Assembly (NCBI GenBank): GCA_036172245.1
Contig: JAYWIR010000002.1
Span: 4,774,001 to 4,838,000 of the forward strand
Direction of reading: 5' to 3'
DNA from: Raillietiella orientalis
Lineage: Eukaryota
Length of the DNA: 64,000 nt
Shown here: piece after piece, positions 1 through 15,100 of the stretch
Layout of the letters: the number at the start of each line of letters is the position of its first letter
How positions within the stretch are numbered: position 1 is the stretch's first letter
The notes under the pieces: generated by a model
What the model was told of the DNA's origin: nothing
Database searches by the model: none
Seen by the model: the letters and a program-made list of their open reading frames with translations, nothing else
Position numbers and translations under genes: made by a program

Positions 1-3000
1 GTGCAACTGAATGGCACACAGCTGCCTCAGAACACTTGTCAACTGCTGATTAGGCAAATAACCCAAGACTCCAGCCATGCCTTTAAGTAAACCAACAGCT
101 GACTCATTGGTCAATTTGTAATTTTCAAGAGACTCGGCAATATGCAACAAACCATTTACATGCTGAGTCATGTGCTTTCTGCAATGGTTACAGATTCTGT
201 TCAAAGCTCGAGCAGCAGCATTAGCAATGGGCACTTCATTCAGACTAAACACAAGAAAGTTCAAAACAGCTTGCAGCATATCTGGATGATTCGAAATCCA
301 CTCTGCCAACTGACCCAACAATGTAACAGAAGCATGACGAACAGCTAAATGACTACTGCTTCTCTGTTGGGTGAGTAAACATTGGAGCAAAAGAGGTACT
401 ATTTCTTCTTCTTCTGGACTGATAAATACAGCTACAGCTGCCATCAAAAATAGTCCAGCTTCACAGACTTCCCAGGAACTGGCATTCTGAATATGAACAA
501 ACAGCCGGCGAAAAAAGACTTTTGAAGTGACCACAAATACAATGTCTTTGGTCAGATCCGCTATTCGCGCTCGAAAAGTGGCAAAGTCATCTTCTTCATC
601 TAATACTTCATCCTAATACACACAGTCCTTGACAGGATAGGTCAACTGTCCTTGCTTGACCTACGTGATCTGGCTCCATCTGGCAATGGAACAGAAGAGC
701 TTCAAGAAGGCGTAGAACATATGGTGCAAACTGTTGATAAAGTTTATCATCCTTATCAAGAAACAGCTCTTCAGCAAGCCGGAACCAAAAATTGAAAGTA
801 ACATCAGCAACTTCATAATCATGGTGACTAATACAAATCAAAAGCATTTCCAGCACTTGAAAGGCTTGTGGCTGTGTACCATCAATCAGGACAGGCAGGA
901 GAACTTCTCCTAGTTCTGAAAAAATGCGACAGAAATTTATCGCCCTTCATGGACGAAGCATTAGAATGCTACATGGTTTGATGTATACTCCCTCACTTGT
1001 GAGAATCTTCTCTTGCCACTGCCATCTGATAGGCACTATTTAACTCAAAGATTTTGGTAAATACCATATCACCAAGAGTTCTATGTTTATTGTATTCATC
1101 ATCAAGAACCATTAAAGCAGAGCAAATGCATTCTGTAGCAGCATCATGTAGTTCACAGGTATTCTAAAAGAAACATGCACTTCAAAAAAGCTGCACATAC
1201 CTCAGCTTTCATAATATCAAATGCTTTGTGCAAAACTTCACTCTTAGCTAATAAGTCACTTGGGAGAACTTGAACTGCCAACCATGATCCCATGCAACGC
1301 AATACTTTTAACAAAATAACAGATGAATGTTGACCACCCATGAAGTGTAAGACACATGTGTTCTAACATCAGAATTTAAAATCTGAAAACTTATTAGATT
1401 TTCTTCTTACCAATAAATTTACTACATCAGGAGAAACTTTTACAAAATGATCAATAATTTGGTGACGACGGTTTTCACCTAATCGTAAATACCGAGAGCT
1501 TATTTCTTCTGGTAACACAATGAGTATTTCCAGCAAAGATTGCAAATATTGATCTGAACCAAATTTTTGCAGCAGCTCATGAACTGGGTTTTGCCATGAT
1601 TCCATCTGGAGAGCCAGATCAGCCAAGGCTAAGCTCAGCTGAATGGATATTGATGTAAATATGTTTCTGAATATTTCCCAAACATCCAATCAATAATTAT
1701 CGATCATAAACAAACAACTTAATCCCTAATCAAGCATTTCTCGATTCATATAGTTAACAATCTCACTTACAAAATCCACTGTGATTACCTTCATGTTATT
1801 ACAGTAAAGCTTTAAAACTCAAGTTTTAATGTCCAAGTTCACCACCCCATTCTGATAGCTGATTAGTTACCCTTTATGGTTGAATCGAATTTACATTCCT
1901 TTAGGAATTACTTTACGTTCGGAATCAGTTTGCATACCTTTAGGAATCTACATTCGATGTTTCCGCTACATTATGATCAAAACTTCTGTCTGTAGAAACT
2001 ATTTCTATTAGAGATACTGCCAGTTACTTGGATGCAAGCACAATTTACTTTCCTTACTAATAATACATCATACATCATTGGTGTACGAAAATTAAAATTT
2101 GATTTTCGATAATTCAATACATGCACTTCAACTTTGTTCTATTAAAACTTGTGTATCAAAGTGTCATCACTTAATTATCAACTACATTTTGACTTCATAT
2201 CTTTCACTTCATCCTTTAATAACTTATACTTGTTATTATTATTAATAATAACTTGTACTTATTTCAGTTGCATTCTCCAAACTTTTGTACTTTTCGCTGG
2301 AATTTTTACATTGCAACGTATTTGCACTATCATCTCCATGCCTGTTTTTCACAGATAACACTGTTACTCCCTTGAGATATTCATTTTAAAGAGCTTCACA
2401 AACCTATATATGGTTGCAATTTGTTAATAGCACCAAAAAAAATAAAAAAGCTTATCTGATCTGATCTTTACTATTTTGGCACTCAAGTTTATTGTAATAC
2501 AGCTGTTAAATCTCCATGATGGATGACTTTTTGATTTCTGAACTTGACAGTCTGCCTTTACTAACTTAAATCATTACATCCAATTTAGTGGGAAAACCTC
2601 ATTTGATAACTACTTTATCATATCATGTCATAAGAAAGTAAAAAACAAGCATATTTCCCAGATCACTTGAAACATGTAAAACTATTTTCAATCTCATCAG
2701 CTTTTGAACAATTCATTTTGCACAATTTCTGAGTATGCATAAACACAGAAATTAAAAAGCTTTAGAATTAACTGCTATGTAAATCGCCCTACTTCTAACT
2801 ATTCTTTAATCAAGTGCAATTAACTCCCTTATATAAAGAATTGTAGTTCTAAGAATATCACACAACTTGTGAGATGCAAACAAAAAATTAGCTCGCCATT
2901 TAAATTCTTATTCAATTCAATTACATTTTAAAACTCGTAGCCATAAATTCAATGATCACTTTGTTATCCATCCTATGCTTATGCTTATATCAACTATTTA

Positions 3001-5112
3001 CCTTGACATAAAACAATGCTAATTTTATTTTAAATATGAAAAAAAGATGATCACAGTAATTTAATTTTCCTAATCATGCTTTTCCATGCTACTTCAAGTA
3101 ACTTAATTTCTTTCACCTCACTTTTGATGATTAAATTGTTTTCCATAACTGAGGATTTTGAAACAAGCATTTGTACACCATGCCACTCATTATTAGTGAC
3201 AGATGATTTTAATAGGGAAACTTTGCAATCAAAGAGACAAGGTAGCATAAATCTTCGATTTCCTTCTATACCAACATCTATCAATGACCTTTTCGTGCAG
3301 TGATACAGAATTTAGCAATTTGGTTTCAACTTTTATTTAAGAAGCTTGTCAAAAAAAACAATTAAGAAAACAAAAAGTTTCTGGATGAAGATTTTGAGAA
3401 ATCCTCACTTTTATCACACAGGAAATCAAATATGTGAATAGACCATCCATACAACAGCAACATAATTAATTTTAATTTAGTAACAAGATAACTATGTGTC
3501 ACACCAATGAAAAATGCAAAACCCTACATGTCAATACGAAACTAATTCACGAGATTTCGTGAATCCTTTGAACTACATGGCTATTTTTCCTCTCATTTTC
3601 CAATCCTTGTGTGAACAAAGAAGCAAACAAAAATCCCATTTATTAGAAGGATCCCTAACCAAGAATGTTTTCTAAAAGTAGCAAAAACCTTAGCAGCTAC
3701 TGTTTTAGTTTAAAAAAACATTCCCTATGGTAATTAACTATGTGACAACAATTAGTAGAGATTTTTGAGCATAACTTCAAAATAGAAAGCATTGCAAAAA
3801 ACTATAATTATATGCTACAGATGTAAGATACAACTTACTTGAGTGACAATCATATTACTAGTATTCTCATTGGTATGACTGATATGATCCATTATGGATT
3901 CCTTGAGAGAAGAATAAGCCTCAGGTGGGAGCTCTTGGAATGAGTGCTGAATTTTTGTTCTCATTGTATGTGCAGCAAAGTAGCATGATTCTAAGTCCCA
4001 TTTTTCATGTAAAAGTTCATCAGCAATCTTCCAGGCATACATCTACAAAGAACAGACTTTAAAATTACTCAGGATAATTTAGTGATCCTAAGCCACAAAA
4101 AAATTTCAAAACTGACGAATTCTGTAAGAACTGCTATCTGAATTTAAAGCATTTAAAGTATGCAAAAGTATAAAATGCATTAAAGCTATACATTGGTGTT
4201 CAATAATGGTACCAGCACATTTTATAATCACACAAAATGTATGCAAAAAAGGGAAAAACTAAACATAAAACTGAACACTTCAGCAAAAATTTCTTGTTTA
4301 ACTTTGAATATGCAAGACAATTATTTGAAAACTGGGGATTAGACATGCATATTTCTGATTCATCTCGTTGTAAAAAAAATTCTAGCATAAAATATAAGAA
4401 ACTCGAGAGTAGTGTTGGGATAAACAATTCTTTGTTAACTTTCAGAGAATGAAACTATGAGGACTGAAAGCAACTTTTCTACTGTATGCTACCATATTAT
4501 CACTAAATTCCATAAGACTGCTTAAAATAGTTTTCATGGTCTCTTTTCAATGCCTAAATAGCAAAAAAAAAAAAGGGATTTTTTTTGATAGGCTTGATTT
4601 TCATTTACTTTTACAAATCACTATACAGAAAGAATAATGGCTAAATAAAGCTAAAAGATTATTACTACAAACCACACAGACCATCCACAGAGAACTACTG
4701 AACTGAAAAATAAATTCGAGAATTAAACATCCATTTTCTAGCTTGCATAATATTTAACTACTTAATATAGGCTATCCAAATGGACTTTTTTCTTAAAGTC
4801 ACCAAAAGCTATACAATTTTTATTACTTGCTGATATAATTGGATGCCCTTAATGGTTGCTAATCCTTACTCTTGTTATTACTGGGGAAACCTTAAAAATC
4901 TGTACCAAAATATATGATGAAGTTAACCCACCAGTTACATCCTCAGAAAATTGCCAAAATTCACTGTGCTCAAAAAACTTGACTCAAACACTTACAGATT
5001 TCTGGAATTCTTGCAGCCAATATGATGCTTTTTTTTTCTCTTGATCTTCAGGGTTATGGTACAACATATTTATCGCTAAGAGCACGTTATTCTTGGTAAT
5101 GGAGTTATCCAT
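1..5112 (-). CDS. TNPO3: Transportin-3 / transportin-SR (importin-beta family); 5' part only, gene continues beyond window start
   Basis: Hand-spliced exons (minus): 5112-4996 (MDNSITKNNVLLAINMLYHNPEDQEKKKASYWLQEFQKS), 4042-3839 (MYAWKIADELL..ESCYFAAHTMRTKIQ), 1638-1411 (LSLALADLALQM..LPEEISSRYLRLGENRR), 1362-1201, 1163-997 (LHDAATECICS), 944-665 (NFCRIFSELGE..HHDYEVADVTFNFWFRLAEEL), 612-<1. All introns are GT-AG with consistent phases, and the motifs match TNPO3. Confidence 0.95.
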
Positions 5113-8100
5113 TGTCAATTGGAGTTAGCTTTTAAATTTCTGGCATTTTAATCTTTCAGCAAATAAAGTATTTATGCAAAATAATGTCACTCCATTATAA
5201 ATAATGGAGTTCCTGGAAAATTTACAAAAACACTCAACATACAAGGCATAAATATGAATAATGACCCTCCACAACAACGTGGTTCAAAAAAAGGCTTAAA
5301 ATTGCATACTAGATAAATTAAGATTCCACCATACAAACACATGATCAAACCATTTGCACTGACATGCGTACACTGGCCACAGCGAGTCAATATAATATAC
5401 ATTAACTGATGGAATCAATTATGGCATAATGTATAATTTAATTTCTGATTAACTGCCCCGCTATTTATCTAACTGAAATGCTTGTGCGTAGGGGCAAAAA
5501 AATTATTATACTTAACCATTTAAGGAACTTATTCACGATACATGACATATTATGTACAAACAAATCTATGAAAACACCAACTTTCATACTAATTTTACAT
5601 GCTTCTACTCTTACATTCTTAAAATTTCAAATTCTGTTTCTTTCAAACATTAACACTGATGCAAGTGGAAACTATGAAAATCTGATCCTAGTTGCTTAAC
5701 AGAAAATCCAAATACAGCACTAAGGAAAAAACATCCACATTCCTCCATAAGACTACGGTATTTTCAGCATTTCACGCTAATGCATCCCAAATACCGCTCA
5801 TCTACCATTAAAGCAGTAATCAGAAATGCCATTAACAAATGATTCAAGAAATCTTTTTGCTACTTGTGCTGAACTCATGCAAACAAAAATTTAATGCCTA
5901 GAACTTCAAATATTTTAAACATTGGATTCATGCTTGTTTAAGTACAGAAAACAATATCTCTGACCTTACTGTACTATAATTAGCGTTAACACACACATAT
6001 ATGATGTTTTCTGCTTTAAAAAATACAACTGTTTAATTCCAAATGACATTCATATCATTGTAGAAGTCATTTATGATTCTTATTAGCATGAATGAATTTT
6101 CCAAGTCCTAATCTTAAAATCATCATTCCATATATTTCTTTGAAGAGTCCTAAAAAATGCCTTTTTTTGAGGGGGGTTCAGTTAACAACACTTTGATTTT
6201 GGAAACTTTTTCTCATCTAAATTTTAAGCATCAATCAAGCTTTCCTAAAACTAACGAGCTTTCTGCAGTCCAAAGAATACTTTTTATTATTTGCTCAGTT
6301 TTTGTTACGACGAACCATATCTATTCGAATGCTTCCAGGTGAAGTAGATCATCGTATCAAGATGGCCTCTAGTTTGTCGGATCATACTCGAAGATTCCTT
6401 CTATTGAATATTTGGTTCTCTTTTCTTGGTGGGTTCTATTGAAGATTATTTCATCAGGATTTGAATTTCCTATATTTGAGACGAATTGCATTGCCACATA
6501 ATGCTTATGATAATCTGGTGTTGTTATTTCATCAACCTAGAGTTATTATATATTGATTCTGTAGCAAGTGATCGTCAGATCGTTCTTCTAAATATGATAC
6601 TACATTAAGTGACAGATGAAATAATAGTAGTGATTAAAATTGAATGTGTTAATAGATGAAATGTTATCATCTGAACTTGGAAGGCTGAAACTTGAGAAAT
6701 ATATGCCTTTTTCAAAAGAATAGAACATTATGTTTGGAATATGGAAAAAGAAATCAGAATGCACTTTCTGATAAGTAATAAAATAAGTAAAAGCATAATT
6801 TAATCATGCTTTTTAAAGACTATTCTTCAGCTTCGGTCTACTTTTCTCTTTCATGTTTCTTGATTTTTCTTTTTTTCCTTGAGCATTAGCCTCAAACTGC
6901 ATGAACTTAGAGCTAATGTCGATCAAATTCCAAAATTCGCCAGTGAAGAGTTTACAATGCAGTGTATTATTTTTTATTTTCGCCCTCATTTTTATAAGTT
7001 AGTTTTCAGTGTTCCTGAACTTTTCTACTTTTATAGTTTATACTGCTAAAATTTTCCAACTTCTGAAAGATGCTTTTTTTCAAAAATAAATTGATTATTG
7101 AAATAAATGATCTACCAATGGAAACATGAATTTAAAAATAATAAATAACTGAGACATAAAAAGCAATCAGTTATTTCAAAAGTTTTCATTGCTACTATTT
7201 TTGTTCATTTTCAGTTTATCATAACTGGATCATGAATATCATTAATAATAGCATGGTTTAACGAAACACAGCACATTCTGAAACCCAACCTACAACTTTG
7301 CCTTTTGCGTGGATTTTTCGAAATGATTTGTCATAAATAATAGTGTCTTGTTTCCAGTAGTTTTCCATTGAATACACTACGTTTAAAATCCTAATATACA
7401 GCTTGTTTTCAATATTGCCGTCATATTTTTCATTTGGCAGCGATTCATAGTCACGATTAATGAAACACAATGCAGCTTATATTTCGTTTTCTGTTAGTAG
7501 CGTGATTCTTAAATTTAGAGTTTCATAGTGTGTTAATTATGGCTGTTCGTCTGTTGATTTACATTTATGTTCAACTACACCTACATCTTATGCAACATTC
7601 CTTTAAATGGCATTCCTAGCCTGAATTGCTTAAATAATTCTTAAATTTTATGATTAACCAAAAACGAAGTTCATGCTTTGACGTTTTCATATTTCGCACG
7701 CAGTTTTGGCTTAAAAAATCAACGGGACGGATTGAATATAAAAGAGAAGTAATAAAGAATTAGCAAACATTAAAAATTTAAAATATATTTATTATTCATG
7801 CAATCAATGTTTCAAACTCAGTGAGCTGGGATTGATCAACGGTAACATTTCGTAATCCGTTTCCATTCAGCTGTCAGATGAGCAAACAGAAATCTGTAGC
7901 CCGCCGTGATGCACGCGCCTGCGCCAGAAAATCCAAGATTGTCATTTCTGAATTACTGATATTACCATATTGCGTACATATTGGAAAAAGTTGTTATCAG
8001 AATGGTTCTTTTTTTAACTCAAATAGTATTCGATCCTATGCAAATTAAACGACATCGAGTATATCGTAACCATACAGTATTCCCAGAGCTCTGCTCGTTT

Positions 8101-9218
8101 TAAACACATGCATTTTTAGTACTTGAAGCAAGCTCCTGCCTATAATTGGTGAATTTAAAGAATGATGCTTGCATCCGTGTCATTATTGAAAATGTTTATA
8201 ATCAAGATTATATGTAAGAGATGCAGCATAATACATTAGTATTTAATCAGATGTCACACAATTGAAAAATGTTCACTGCTCATTGTTTGAAATCAAAATT
8301 TTTTCTTTTTTTTGTAAATAAACTTTATCAGTTTTTGAAATTTGAAAATAGTTTTTTCGTTCAGGAACTTATCTGCAAATAATCTTGAATATTAATATTA
8401 CTTTTTCGGTGAGTCATTTTTAGTAAGACAAAATTTTAGAAAACGGAAACCAATTTTGGCAAATTAATTCTGAGCATTGATGTTTGATAATCGAGGTACG
8501 GGTGGAGCAGTGTACTGGAAAGTATATTCGTTAAGAATAGTGCATTTTTTGCTTATGCAGAAAGAGCATTGTGTGCACATAAATGCCACCACTGAATTTA
8601 ATTCTCCATGAAACACACTTAAACTGCATCAAGTAAAATTCAGCACCCATTACAGAATGCCGAAATAGTCCATGTTACTGTGAAAGCTAGCTTATCTGAT
8701 TGACAGGGATCACTTTGTTAACTAAACTCACCATAATTGAAAGATACATGTGGTGTTTATAGCAAAAACAGTTAATACAAAGTTCTAGTAATAATCAGAA
8801 GTCAGTTTGGTGCCTTTGAATGAAACGAAGTCAAAATTAAATTTCTATTCCAACAATTAATGATAGTCAGTTCAAAACTTACAAGCAGGTGTTTTTACAT
8901 TCTTGATATGCAGACGACTTAATAAAGTAAGGCAATCAAAAATGGAATAAAGCTTGTATTATATTTGCTGATGTAACTTGAAAGTGGATAAATAGGTTTG
9001 TCAACTATGGTAACAATAGGCAGCTATCGTGTCTTCATTTTCAAGGGTTCAAGTATCAAACTGAATGTTGAAATACATACAAACTGGAACTTCAAAGATA
9101 TGCAATGTGGGTTTGTGTTACATGAAGATAAAACCCTCAGTGCAGCTAATAAACATTGGGAAGGATTGTAGTATATGAAGTTATCTAATTTTTCACAGTT
9201 GGCTGATAAACTAGTAAA

Positions 9219-12147
9219 ATGCCACCATTGGTATGTATAGTATAAGCCTAAATATATAGAAATATAATTATGGTGGTATCCAACAGGCTATGCACCTAGC
9301 AAGAGAATGGTGTGCTGCTATAGGCCTGGAGATGCATGCCCAAATTGCTACCCATACTAAGTTGTTTTCAGGTTCTAGTACGTACTTCTTATCATGTGTC
9401 AACTCACAAGTGAGCTCTTTTGATGCTGCTCTTCCTGGCACTTTGCCTGTAAGTGAGGAAGATGACTATTACACGGTGATAGGTGTTGAACAGGCACTGT
9501 GTGGAAGCTGGTATTCTTACAGCATTGGCAATGGGATGTGAAGTCCAGTCAATATCTAAGTTTGATAGGAAGCATTACTTTTATCCAGACCTTCCTGTAA
9601 GTAAATGTATGATTGCAGCTGTATAGTAAAGTTGTGCTTGGAAAAATAAGAACACCTGATTGGTTTTTGGAAGTCTGAGCACAATATAGCATAGGTATTT
9701 CTAAAGATGCTGCATAAGTGAAACCTATACCAATTGTCTTTTGCAAAAAATGATCGCGCTTGTAAAAAAAAAATTTGGCTGTGCAAGACTGGAAAAGAAT
9801 TTTCACTGGTTGTATGTGAGACTTTTACCAAAGTGCTCCTAACCTTAGATTAGCATAGAAAATTTATGCAATGCTGGGTGGAACAAATTTAAATTTAAAT
9901 TGTCTGCATTAAGTAAAATAAAAGATCAAAATATGTGAATATATCTTGGTTGTTTATTTTGGCTGCTATATTAGTAAATGAATGCAAATATTTTGGAAAA
10001 AAAAATGATGAAGTAAAGAGAAATATATCAAATGCTTTGCAAACTTTTTTAGCTGTCACTAAGCATTCCTTCTTAATTGAAGTGAACATAAAAACATTTC
10101 ATGTATTTCAAACTTGTCATTCAATCTAATATAGTTTTGAGGAATTTTAAGATGTACTGTAGTTAGGAACAGTTTGGTATGCTGTTGTATTTAATAATAA
10201 AATTTCATGAGTTAAATGTTGTGAATGTTGGGTGCTAGCTGTTCCCATTTATTACATTTTTGAACAATGTTTGAATAATGCTGTTATTGCAGGCAGGATA
10301 TCAAATTACTCAACATTTTGCTCCTTTAGCCAAAAATGGATTGCTGACATTTCCTGTAATTGAGAGAACTGGTGCATATTTGAAACAAATTCGCATTCAA
10401 CAATTGCATCTTGAACAGGATAGTGGCAGATCCCTACATGATGAGGCTCATGGGAGGTCAGCTGATTCAAAGACAACAGTTATTACTTATGATACTTAGA
10501 AGCTTTATTGACCTAAATCGTGCTGGCATTGGTTTAATGGAAATTGTTTTTGAACCAGATTTGAGAGATGCTGATGAGGTTGTTAGCTTAGTAAAAGAAG
10601 TGATAGCTATCTTGAAAGCAGTGTCTACTTGTTCATGCCATATGAACGGTATGTAAACATGTCATCAGTTGGGTTACAAAAAATGTTAGAGGGTTGCTTA
10701 CGAGTTGATGTGAACATATCTGTTCACAAGAAAAGTGAACCTTTGGGAACTAGGACTGAAATTAAAAATCTAAATAGCATCCGATCCATCAGTCATGCTG
10801 TGATTTATGAAATTGAAAGACAAATCAGACTACGAGAAAATAATCAAATAGTTATTAATGACACACGTACTTATGACAGTGAGAAGAAGGTGACACTTCC
10901 AATTAGAGATAAGGGAGAGAAACTCGACTACCGTTATATGCCAGAACCAAATCTTCTACCTCTGCACTTGGGCCCAGGATCCATAGATCCCGCAATTGTT
11001 GCCCAAAAATTACCTGAGTTACCTAATGCTGCCAGGCTTCGCTTGATGGATACATATGGGATTAGTTTAAAGGATGCAGCCGATCTGATTGTAACATGCA
11101 TTTAACACTTTTAACTCACATTATGTCAACAATCTTCTAGGTTTCTCCTGAATTATGCACATATTTTGAAGAAGCTGCCAGTACAGCATGCCCTCATACA
11201 GTTTTGAAGTTCTTATTTCAAAACCTCATTCCCTTGCTAAATACTGAAGGCCTTGGATTGCATCAGAGGTATTTCAAACATTAATAAGTTTAACATAGCA
11301 AAGGAATTTGCAGCCCATGTCATCCAAAAGACCTTGCGGAAATAGCAACTCTCTATAAAGATAAGCATATTTCCTTGCTCACAGCCCAAGAGTTTTTGGT
11401 TGCTAAACTAAAAGGAACATCTTGTTCTCCTAAACAGGTAAAAAATGTTTACAACAGGAAGATTTGTTACAAGTTGAATGCCTTAATTTAGAAATTGCTT
11501 TTTGTTTTTAGCAAGTCTGTGAAGCAAAAATTATTATATTTTTCGTACTACCTCTGTTTCAGTTGTAATTTTTCTTTAGCACAGCACAAAAGAATGGATG
11601 TTGTGTGGTAAAATATAGCAAATAATAATAGCTCAGTAGCTTTGTGAAAACATTCAAAACAGTATTAACTAAAAGAAAGATAGTTTGTATGAACCATATT
11701 TCCTGTAAATGACAGTAAAAGCACTTGAAACACTGTTGTACTTGAATGTGTGTACTAAGTATTATGCAAATGAAAAGGGAATTAACAAATGTGTTTACAA
11801 TTCTTTGTTGTTTTCTGGTGATATGAGTTGCATTATGATGTCTTAGAAATGATGCAAATTATTAATTTATCCCACAATTGCAGATGTTTGTTCAAGACAA
11901 TCATTGTCTTCTTGATGAAACACATTTACAGAGTGTCTGTGCAAAAATGATTACTGAATATCCAAAACAGGTAATGCAGGAGTTTTATTGAGATTGGCCA
12001 TTCACTTTTCCTTAGGTGGAACTATATCAAAAAGGAAAGACTAGAGTACTGAATTTTTTCATGGGAAAAATAAGAGAAGCCACAAATGGTCGGGTTAACA
12101 TGGCTGATGCTTCTCAAATCATGAAAGAAAAGTTGAAACCTGATTAA
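9219..12147 (+). CDS. GATB: Glutamyl-tRNA(Gln) amidotransferase subunit B, mitochondrial (GatB/PET112), ~490 aa
   Basis: Exons 9219-9230 (tentative; alternative start ATG 9290), 9287-9448, 9483-9596, 10293-10456, 10500-10648, 10690-11090, 11141-11268, 11314-11437, 11884-11970, 12016-12147. GatB motifs: [81 protein letters not shown], plus a C-terminal Yqey-like tail. Confidence 0.95.
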
Positions 12148-15100
12148 TGCTTCAATCTAAGGAAGTTAAAAAAAGCATTTCACTGTACCCATTAAAAGTA
12201 ATGGATGTGAACTCAGTAATCTCTTTTATTGTAGAAATTAACCATAATTTCTATGTGGTTAATTTCTACACTTTGTGGAATTATTCTTATTTTCGTATTT
12301 ATTGACTGAACCTCATGAATATTGTCACAGAAGCCAATAGAGAATTCGCAAATGTTCAGAAATTTTTGTTTCCAGAAACTGTGTGGTGTTTAAATGAAAA
12401 GATAAAGGATAGACCGATGAAATTCGACATTTTTATCAGTTTAATGTTAAATGCATTTTCAGTGTGAAACTTTAAAAAGTACCTTTGTCAGCAACCATGT
12501 GATGAAACGGGATGTTTATGTACATTTCGCAGATTTGTTACATTCACATATTTAGGAATTGGGATTCAAATTTCGCTACTTTTGCAAGCACTTAATGATG
12601 AACTTAACTTTTGAACTTAATGATGCCCACAATTTTACTGAATGTGCATGGAAATCAAAGTACCAATGAAAATTTTTAGTGCAGAAATCACATGAGAATT
12701 TTGTTGTTTTGCCTTTTTTTCTCCTATGATCAAAAAAGTAAATGAAATTCTGGAATGATTAATGATTGTAAGTGGAACGTATGAACCCTTGCTTTAAAAA
12801 AAACTCTTAATATGCATCTCCTCAATACGTAAAATGCAGCCACAAAAATTAAGTTCACACATCCAATTTCATTTACAAAAAAAGTTTGCTACCGTTTCTG
12901 AGAAAGAAAAAAACCTTGTTAAACTAAATTGATGTTGTCTGAAAGAAATCAAGCGAATTTCGCTACCAGCTCAATAGAGTAGACTTCACAGTGCACATTA
13001 GCAAGGGATTAATGTAAGCATCTTATTGCTATCCACTTCGAAGATCCAAAATGTTAATCATTCTATGTAGCAGGAATCATTTAATCATTATATTCCCGTT
13101 AGGAATAGCAGTTGAGATGCTGCAGTTCTATCGAATGAAAATCTTGGTCTTTCTACAGTTTGATTGTCCGTGACTGTAGATAAATAAGACGTAGCTACAC
13201 CCCGAGGTGACTAACAGTCTCGTGTACAGGGACCGTAGTCACTGTAAATGAAAACTGACCGTCTTGAATAATTCCCCAAGGCATTTTGGGGGGCTGATCA
13301 GAACCCATGTCTGTACGAAAATTGTGAGATGTCTTCCTTGTCGGTTCATCATTTTACTTGTTTATAGTGTAATATCTATACGATAACGTTGCTTTGTTGA
13401 TTATGAACTACTTTCATTGCCATATACTTTGGATCTTTGAGTAGTAGCGATCTATGGGACGATTGGAAATATAATTTCATTAGCTACTCATGTTCTGTTT
13501 ATGATCTGCAGAAAGAAAAATGCCTCCCAGATTGCAGTGAATGAATGCTCTTCATCAAGTTAGACTAATCTTGGCCATAGCAAATTAATTTCATTATTGC
13601 CTAAGCCCAGGGCCTTGGGCATACGAGTTGGAAACTGAGAAACAGGAACTCTGTGACCAGTGGTTTTAGTCATAGAATGAAAAACGAAATCCGTTGCTAA
13701 AGAAGTACTTAGTTCTCTCTGCAAAGTATCCGGAGTGTTTTGCACTCCACCGAACAGTCGCATCTGGAGTTCCTGCTGCAACTCCCCATGCAACTTCGAG
13801 TTAAACGATAGAATTCATAGCATTCTAAACTGCGCTTTATTGTCTGAATTTCACTTTCTTCAAATGGAATGGCTACTGCAGTATGAGACTTTCAAATGAT
13901 CCAAAGTGGAAGAAACGAATTGCACGAATGTAATCACACGAAGGCAAGAAAAAGAAAGAAAGGAGCATCCAGAATCCTCCGCTAATGCATTTCTTACGTT
14001 GCAGAGAAATTGCGAGGAAACGATGATTGAACATCACTGACTGTTTCACACATAGTCCCGATCGAAATAATCTAACATGAAAATTCAGAAGGAACCACAT
14101 ACGTTGACAGGGCCCATCGGACCCACTGAATGCACTCAAATCCTGAATTCATGCAAGTCCAGTTCAAACCTCAAATTGATGAGATAGTTTCCACGTACTC
14201 CACCGATTTGCAAAAGGAGTATTCCAAAGATGAAGTCGAGAGCATTATGTTGAAGACATACTTTTCCTGTTTTCCAGTTTTTCAACCTGCAGTCATTTTC
14301 CTGAATAAACCCTTCTATGGATTTTGCTCCTCTCAGCAGACCACTCTCAGGTATGAAGTATCCATCGACTTGTTTATGAATGCATTTGAAGAGAAGGATA
14401 CAATCTACACAGTTGATAAATGTTCGCCAAAACAGTTGCACAGAATTCGATCCAACAAGTTAAACATCAAAATTTCAGAGTTATGAAGAATGTGCACTTC
14501 TGGATTTTCCAACATTTAATAATAGATGCTTCCAATTTGATAGTTATTCGTCACTGACAATAACTCTCCTCATAGTAGTAAAGTTTGATCAATCGACATT
14601 ACTACAATTAAAGCCGTTACATCATAAGTATAGTATTTCCCTTTCGTTTGAGTTGTCTTAAATTCCCTTGGAATTTTAAACAGATCCAACACTTCCAACA
14701 CAAGCCGTTCTAAATTAAAACTCTGTCTTTTCAAAGTTAATTTTCATAAAGCTAAGATGCCGGTTATTTGCTGTAAATCATGAGCTATAGTTTAGAAGGA
14801 TTTTGGCATTACATGAAGTGCTGCGTGCTGCTGCAAGTCCTAATTATGTTAAGCACACTTTTCTTTTACTGAAAAAGTACTTCACCTTTAACACTTGCGT
14901 CATGATAAATCTGACAATCATTTTCATGTTATCTTAGTTGAATAGCGTAATTGTAGTAAAGGTGATCTCCTCAGAAGGTTCCAACTCTTTTTTAATTAGT
15001 CCTGATTTTTATTATTGGAAGTGCTCAGCTTGACCTGGAAGTATATCATCACGGAGTCAGGGATTTCTTGTTGAAAAATGAAAATATTCCTTCCATGCTG

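Noticed and set aside
13000..14500. ORFs 13560-13793(-), 14130-14486(+) and neighbours as a gene
   Set aside because: No recognisable motif and no consistent exon chain could be built.
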